64,000 nucleotides of DNA, taken from assembly GCA_965649765.1 (NCBI GenBank), contig OZ287758.1:16740001-16804000 (forward strand). The letters run 5' to 3'. The notes under the pieces were generated by a model. It did no database searches. It saw only the letters and a program-made list of their open reading frames with translations, and was not told the DNA's origin. How positions within the stretch are numbered: position 1 is the stretch's first letter; every line of letters begins with the position of its first letter. The translations under genes were made by a program, and so were the position numbers. This document shows, one piece after another, positions 59,801 through 64,000 of this stretch. The DNA is from Bispira polyomma. Lineage: Eukaryota.

Positions 59801-62800
59801 GGAATTAAATCATGAAAAGGAGCATAAATTTTTATTATTCTAGCATGACATGGCTGTGTCCGCGATTCTGATTTGGCAAAAGCTTTATTAAAAATAACCG
59901 TATACCCATAGACGGAAATAGACTAATATCATCAGTAATGCAATAATGCAGGAAAAACGCTGGAATCAGGTAATAATTTTAATTTGTCATTTTACAATAG
60001 TAAAAACCCATTCCAAAGCATGGTATACTGTAATTTTTACCACTCTTGGAACGTAGGAACACTCAGACTTTGCTTTCATGTTACTACGCCTCCAATCGTG
60101 GTAAAAAGTACTGTATACCATGCTTTGTCATGGTTTTTTCCTAAATTATACTGAGAAAATGTGCTTATTTATACTGGTGTTATATATATGTCATGATAGA
60201 CAAATTTTCCAAAAAATGCAATCAGATCTTAGGTAATGTGACAAGGTTAACTTAAAACTGAAAAAGCAGCCAGTATCTTAGATTTATATTATATCTGGGA
60301 AATTTGCCAGTCTATAGTATTGTATTATATATTTTTAATGCGCTTTATTGATGTGTGGCATCTTGTAAAGCCCAACAACCAAATCAATTAACCAATCATG
60401 TGTCCTACAACATTGCCTATGTGATAATCAGTATGCAATGGCATGTTCACATCTTGCCCACAGATGTTATATCACCAATAAACCCAGTGACATTAGCAGT
60501 AGTTAAATTGGCAACCCTTCGATCACCACACCAACTCCCTCACTAAGAGTTTCACCATTCTAATATTTGACCAACTTCCTAACCACTAAGCAACGAGAGA
60601 CAACAAAATTCCATTGAAAACTTTCAAAAAATAGAATGGGATATATGATATACATTGTACATATAACTATGAATATGTATAACTGTTAATGTATAATTTA
60701 AGTAGGTGTTTGACTTTCTTAGTTGTACTCCAAAAAGAACACTAATGTAGACCCTAACCTATACATACTTTGCATTTAAGAAGTTCTTATAAGAAAAAAC
60801 AGAAGAACCGCAAGGTAGGAGCAAAGAGTGTGACAATTGATCAAGTCCATGTCTCACTTTAAATCATGGTTTTGTCAGGGCTGTTTATGATTTTGATGTG
60901 GCTGACTCTTTAGGTCACCCTAACTACTCCAGTTAGTTTACTATTTATAAACTGCTGTAATAATTTCTTTTGTTGAATGAGTAGCCGTGTTAGTGAAGAG
61001 TGAAGAACTCTCTATATCTGTCAGAATGTCGATGCAGTCTCAGCAGACACTTCTTCCCACATTCACCAGTCTTTTTTGGTTTAACATGGCTTAATTAAGA
61101 ACCATCTGATGGAGTGGCTTTTTACCAGTGTGAAGTTGGGTTTTTTCTCTGGATGGTAAAAAATAAATAGATTCACTCAGACTTTACTTGGGGTTTTTCT
61201 TATTTGTTTAGCAACCCCACTTTACTAAAATAGAACTCTTACTGGTGGGTAAATGGTCCGATGTTTTAGGACAATACATTGGGAGTAATAAAAGTTAATG
61301 ACAAGCAGCTTCAATAGTTTGAGGTGCTGTAGATATTTAGAAGTGCAGTGAATTCACATGTTTTGAGTGGTTAGCCTTATTATTTCTTCAACTGATGGAA
61401 AAATGGTGAACAACATATTATAGACCATACAATAGGTTTTCTATATAAGAAAATGCAAGTAAAGCATTCCATATCACAATGGGAACTGCGGCATGCCACC
61501 AAAGATTGTTGAGAAAATGAAATGAATTGTAAACATAAACTGAAAAGCTTTTTTTGTCATTTCTGCCCCTGTATTGTATAAAGTCTTGTAGTATTTCCAA
61601 GTATAAGATCCAGAGAATGTAATAGATACAGATGTCCTCTCTACATGACTATGTGGAACTCTATGGCATCACTTCTGATTGGTTTTTGTCATAATCTCAT
61701 CACTCAACTGCTAACACATCAACAGTTAGTGGCATTAGCCCATTGCTCAAAATGAGCATGGTTGGACAAAAAAGGCAGGGATTGCAAGTTTCACATTTCA
61801 GTAGCTTTTTGAACAATGTGTAAATATATTTACAGACAGTAAAATGTTCAACCTGTAATTAATTAATTGGTCATGCCATACAGCCTCGAAACAGTTGTTT
61901 TCAAGAATAGACCTGTTTTCAACATTAATACAATTATGCTTCCAATTTTTTGAAAAAGCTATCAGAAATCCAGTATTTATGTAACAAATGTGCAACTGAC
62001 TGATTATTCACATAGTTTATGTAGCATTACTACTGAGGAAGGCAGTATTTCTGTATATCTTCTGTATATGTCTGTATTTATCTTCAGTGCAGAGGAATAA
62101 AGAAAATAACACCAACATTTGACAGCCAATGAGCGACTTCCAGATGTCTTCAAAATGATAATTTACCAACATCTCAAAGTTCTTTAGCACTCTAAATAAG
62201 ATCCAATCAGATGACTGTCAATTACCAGTCTGGTCATTTTAGCTGGTCACCCGAGTCAAGCAGCATGTATTTTACATGCCCAATTTTAACATTGATGACA
62301 ATCATCTTTTCCTGTGTAAAAATTGTGCCTGCAAAAGAGCCTAGATTTAGATATGCCTTTTATGCTTCCATAAGTAATCAGCCCTGTCTATATTTAATTG
62401 TGTAGAATGCAAAGAGTAGACAGTGGAGAAGGTTAAACAGAAACCAGGGGAATTTAATCCATCCTTAGCCTTGCCTAAAGCTAAATTCATAGCCTAGCTT
62501 ACTTTACACAATTTTAGAATATGTACATATTCACATTGTAGGTGAAGATACTTGGCAGTATATTATTGCTCTGGAAGGGGCATTAGGAAAATATGGCCAC
62601 ATTATGCTATTCAATCATACATTCACATACATTTTCTTTCATATACTCTTTACAGTGATTTTGTTATTTCACCTTCCACTTCTTGATTCATCCTTAATGG
62701 AACGTGACTTTGTGATAGGTCACCACTGCACATAAGAAACATCTTATACCATGAATTGGATCTCTTGTTTCACACCAATGTAATAACCTTTCCTGGCCTC

Positions 62801-64000
62801 CGACTGAGGGTTCTAGTTATTACTGTCTGACTAGTAATAACTCTACTTTAACTCTTGGGTCACTGAACCAGCACCTTCACTTTTAACTATTTCCAAATAC
62901 TCTAACATTAAACTCCTTAATCAACAAAACATGTTGGCCTTAGTCAGACTTTCCACCATGATATCATTTAAAGTCAAAGACTATACGTTGGTGACATCAT
63001 TCAAGTTAAACAACTGCAGAGTCTCCACAATGTCTACAAATGAAGAATTTCTGCTGTCACAAGTGGAAGTATACTGATACACTTTACTGGCTGAAGTAAT
63101 CAAAACGTTGACCATCTCAAATTACCACTGAAACTGTGAAAGGCGATGGGATTTGGAAAAATATTATGTTGTTTAATTTATAATTGCAAGGTACCTTATT
63201 TCTCCCAGTGTCAGAAGCAGTTATTATTTGCAAATCAACTTATATTTCTACAACTTTAGATGTCAAAGTTTAGGTTAATTCCACAGCCTTCTCTACTGGA
63301 ATAGTGTAGCCTTGATATGATATCAGCTTTCAGTACTTCTTCCTATTTATTTCCATTACTTTATACCCAGTTCTCTCCTCATTCTCTCAAATAGGGTTTG
63401 CTGTTTTTAACATTCCTATGGCTGACAAGGTGAAAATCTGTCAATCTCTTATAGAGATTGGTGCCATACTATATTAACTGTTACTAGTGTTTGCTAGACC
63501 CATTATTGGTTAGAGGCCATCAGGAATTTAATGGTAACAAGAGTACTACGTAAAATAAATATACTTCATTGACAGCAGCAAATGAGCAATGCTTATTTAA
63601 TCACAGTCTTAACCTCAAAAGCCACCATTGTTGTTAATCATTCAAATGAAACTATAGGTCTTTAAGATGTGATTTGCACCTAGTAATTCTTATTAAAAAA
63701 AAACAAAGCTTAGCGAGGTAGGAAACCACTTTAAATGATATCTTTGTTAGGTCTGTTTTGATTTATGATGTGGCTGTTTCCCCAAGGGTTTCTAACAACT
63801 CAATTTATTTGGCTATTTATAAACAGCTTAGATGTCTGCTGTGTTGTAGCGAAGAGATTTGTACTCTTTGAGCGTGTGAGGCATCAGGTTCAGGTTATCT
63901 ACATGTCACTTCTTCTAACATGTTTATGGACTTATCCATTGAATTTTTTTATTAATAAATTTAGGGGTTAACACATGCAATGTTTGATTAGAGAAAATGT
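56806..64000 (+). repeat. Segmental tandem repeat, copy C (more diverged, runs off the window)
   Basis: Collinear with copy A 15747-~30310 once the insertions are removed. Confidence 0.9.
59796..60144. mobile_element. Small non-autonomous element with a long subterminal palindrome (possibly Crypton-like)
   Basis: Arms 60015-60043 and 60098-60126 are complementary at 27 of 29 positions. Loosely inverted ends (AGGAATTAAATCATGA / TCATGGTTTTTTCCT). Not seen in copies A or B. Confidence 0.5.

Overview
AT-rich, repeat-dense eukaryotic (animal, probably marine invertebrate) DNA. No intact host protein gene, rRNA, tRNA or CRISPR array was recognised. There are five insertions related to tyrosine-recombinase (YR) retrotransposons of the PAT/Ngaro-like type (no methyltransferase domain): a decayed copy (1-2975) interrupted by a solo LTR; a near-intact copy (6900-12099, minus strand); a 5'-truncated YR-B-A-B copy (20584-22443, minus strand); a fully intact copy (40037-45564, plus strand); and an ORF-less solo A-B unit (55052-56021). 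From ~15.7 kb to the end, the background is a head-to-tail triplication of a ~13-14.5 kb non-coding unit. Its paralogous copies supply empty sites that fix the insertion boundaries, including those of a 5.1 kb hAT transposon with a six-exon transposase pseudogene. The most interesting signal is a coherent expression and replication design shared by two diverged YR elements. It comprises a -1 frameshift cassette (A AAA AAC plus hairpin) giving Gag-Pol, a conserved phase-1 GT..AG intron that would fuse the Gag N-terminus in frame to the YR, a covarying 5'-terminal hairpin, and no terminal repeats. A related family shows B-A-B and solo A-B forms carrying a covarying structured RNA. All comparisons were made by eye; family names and novelty are inference and need database confirmation.
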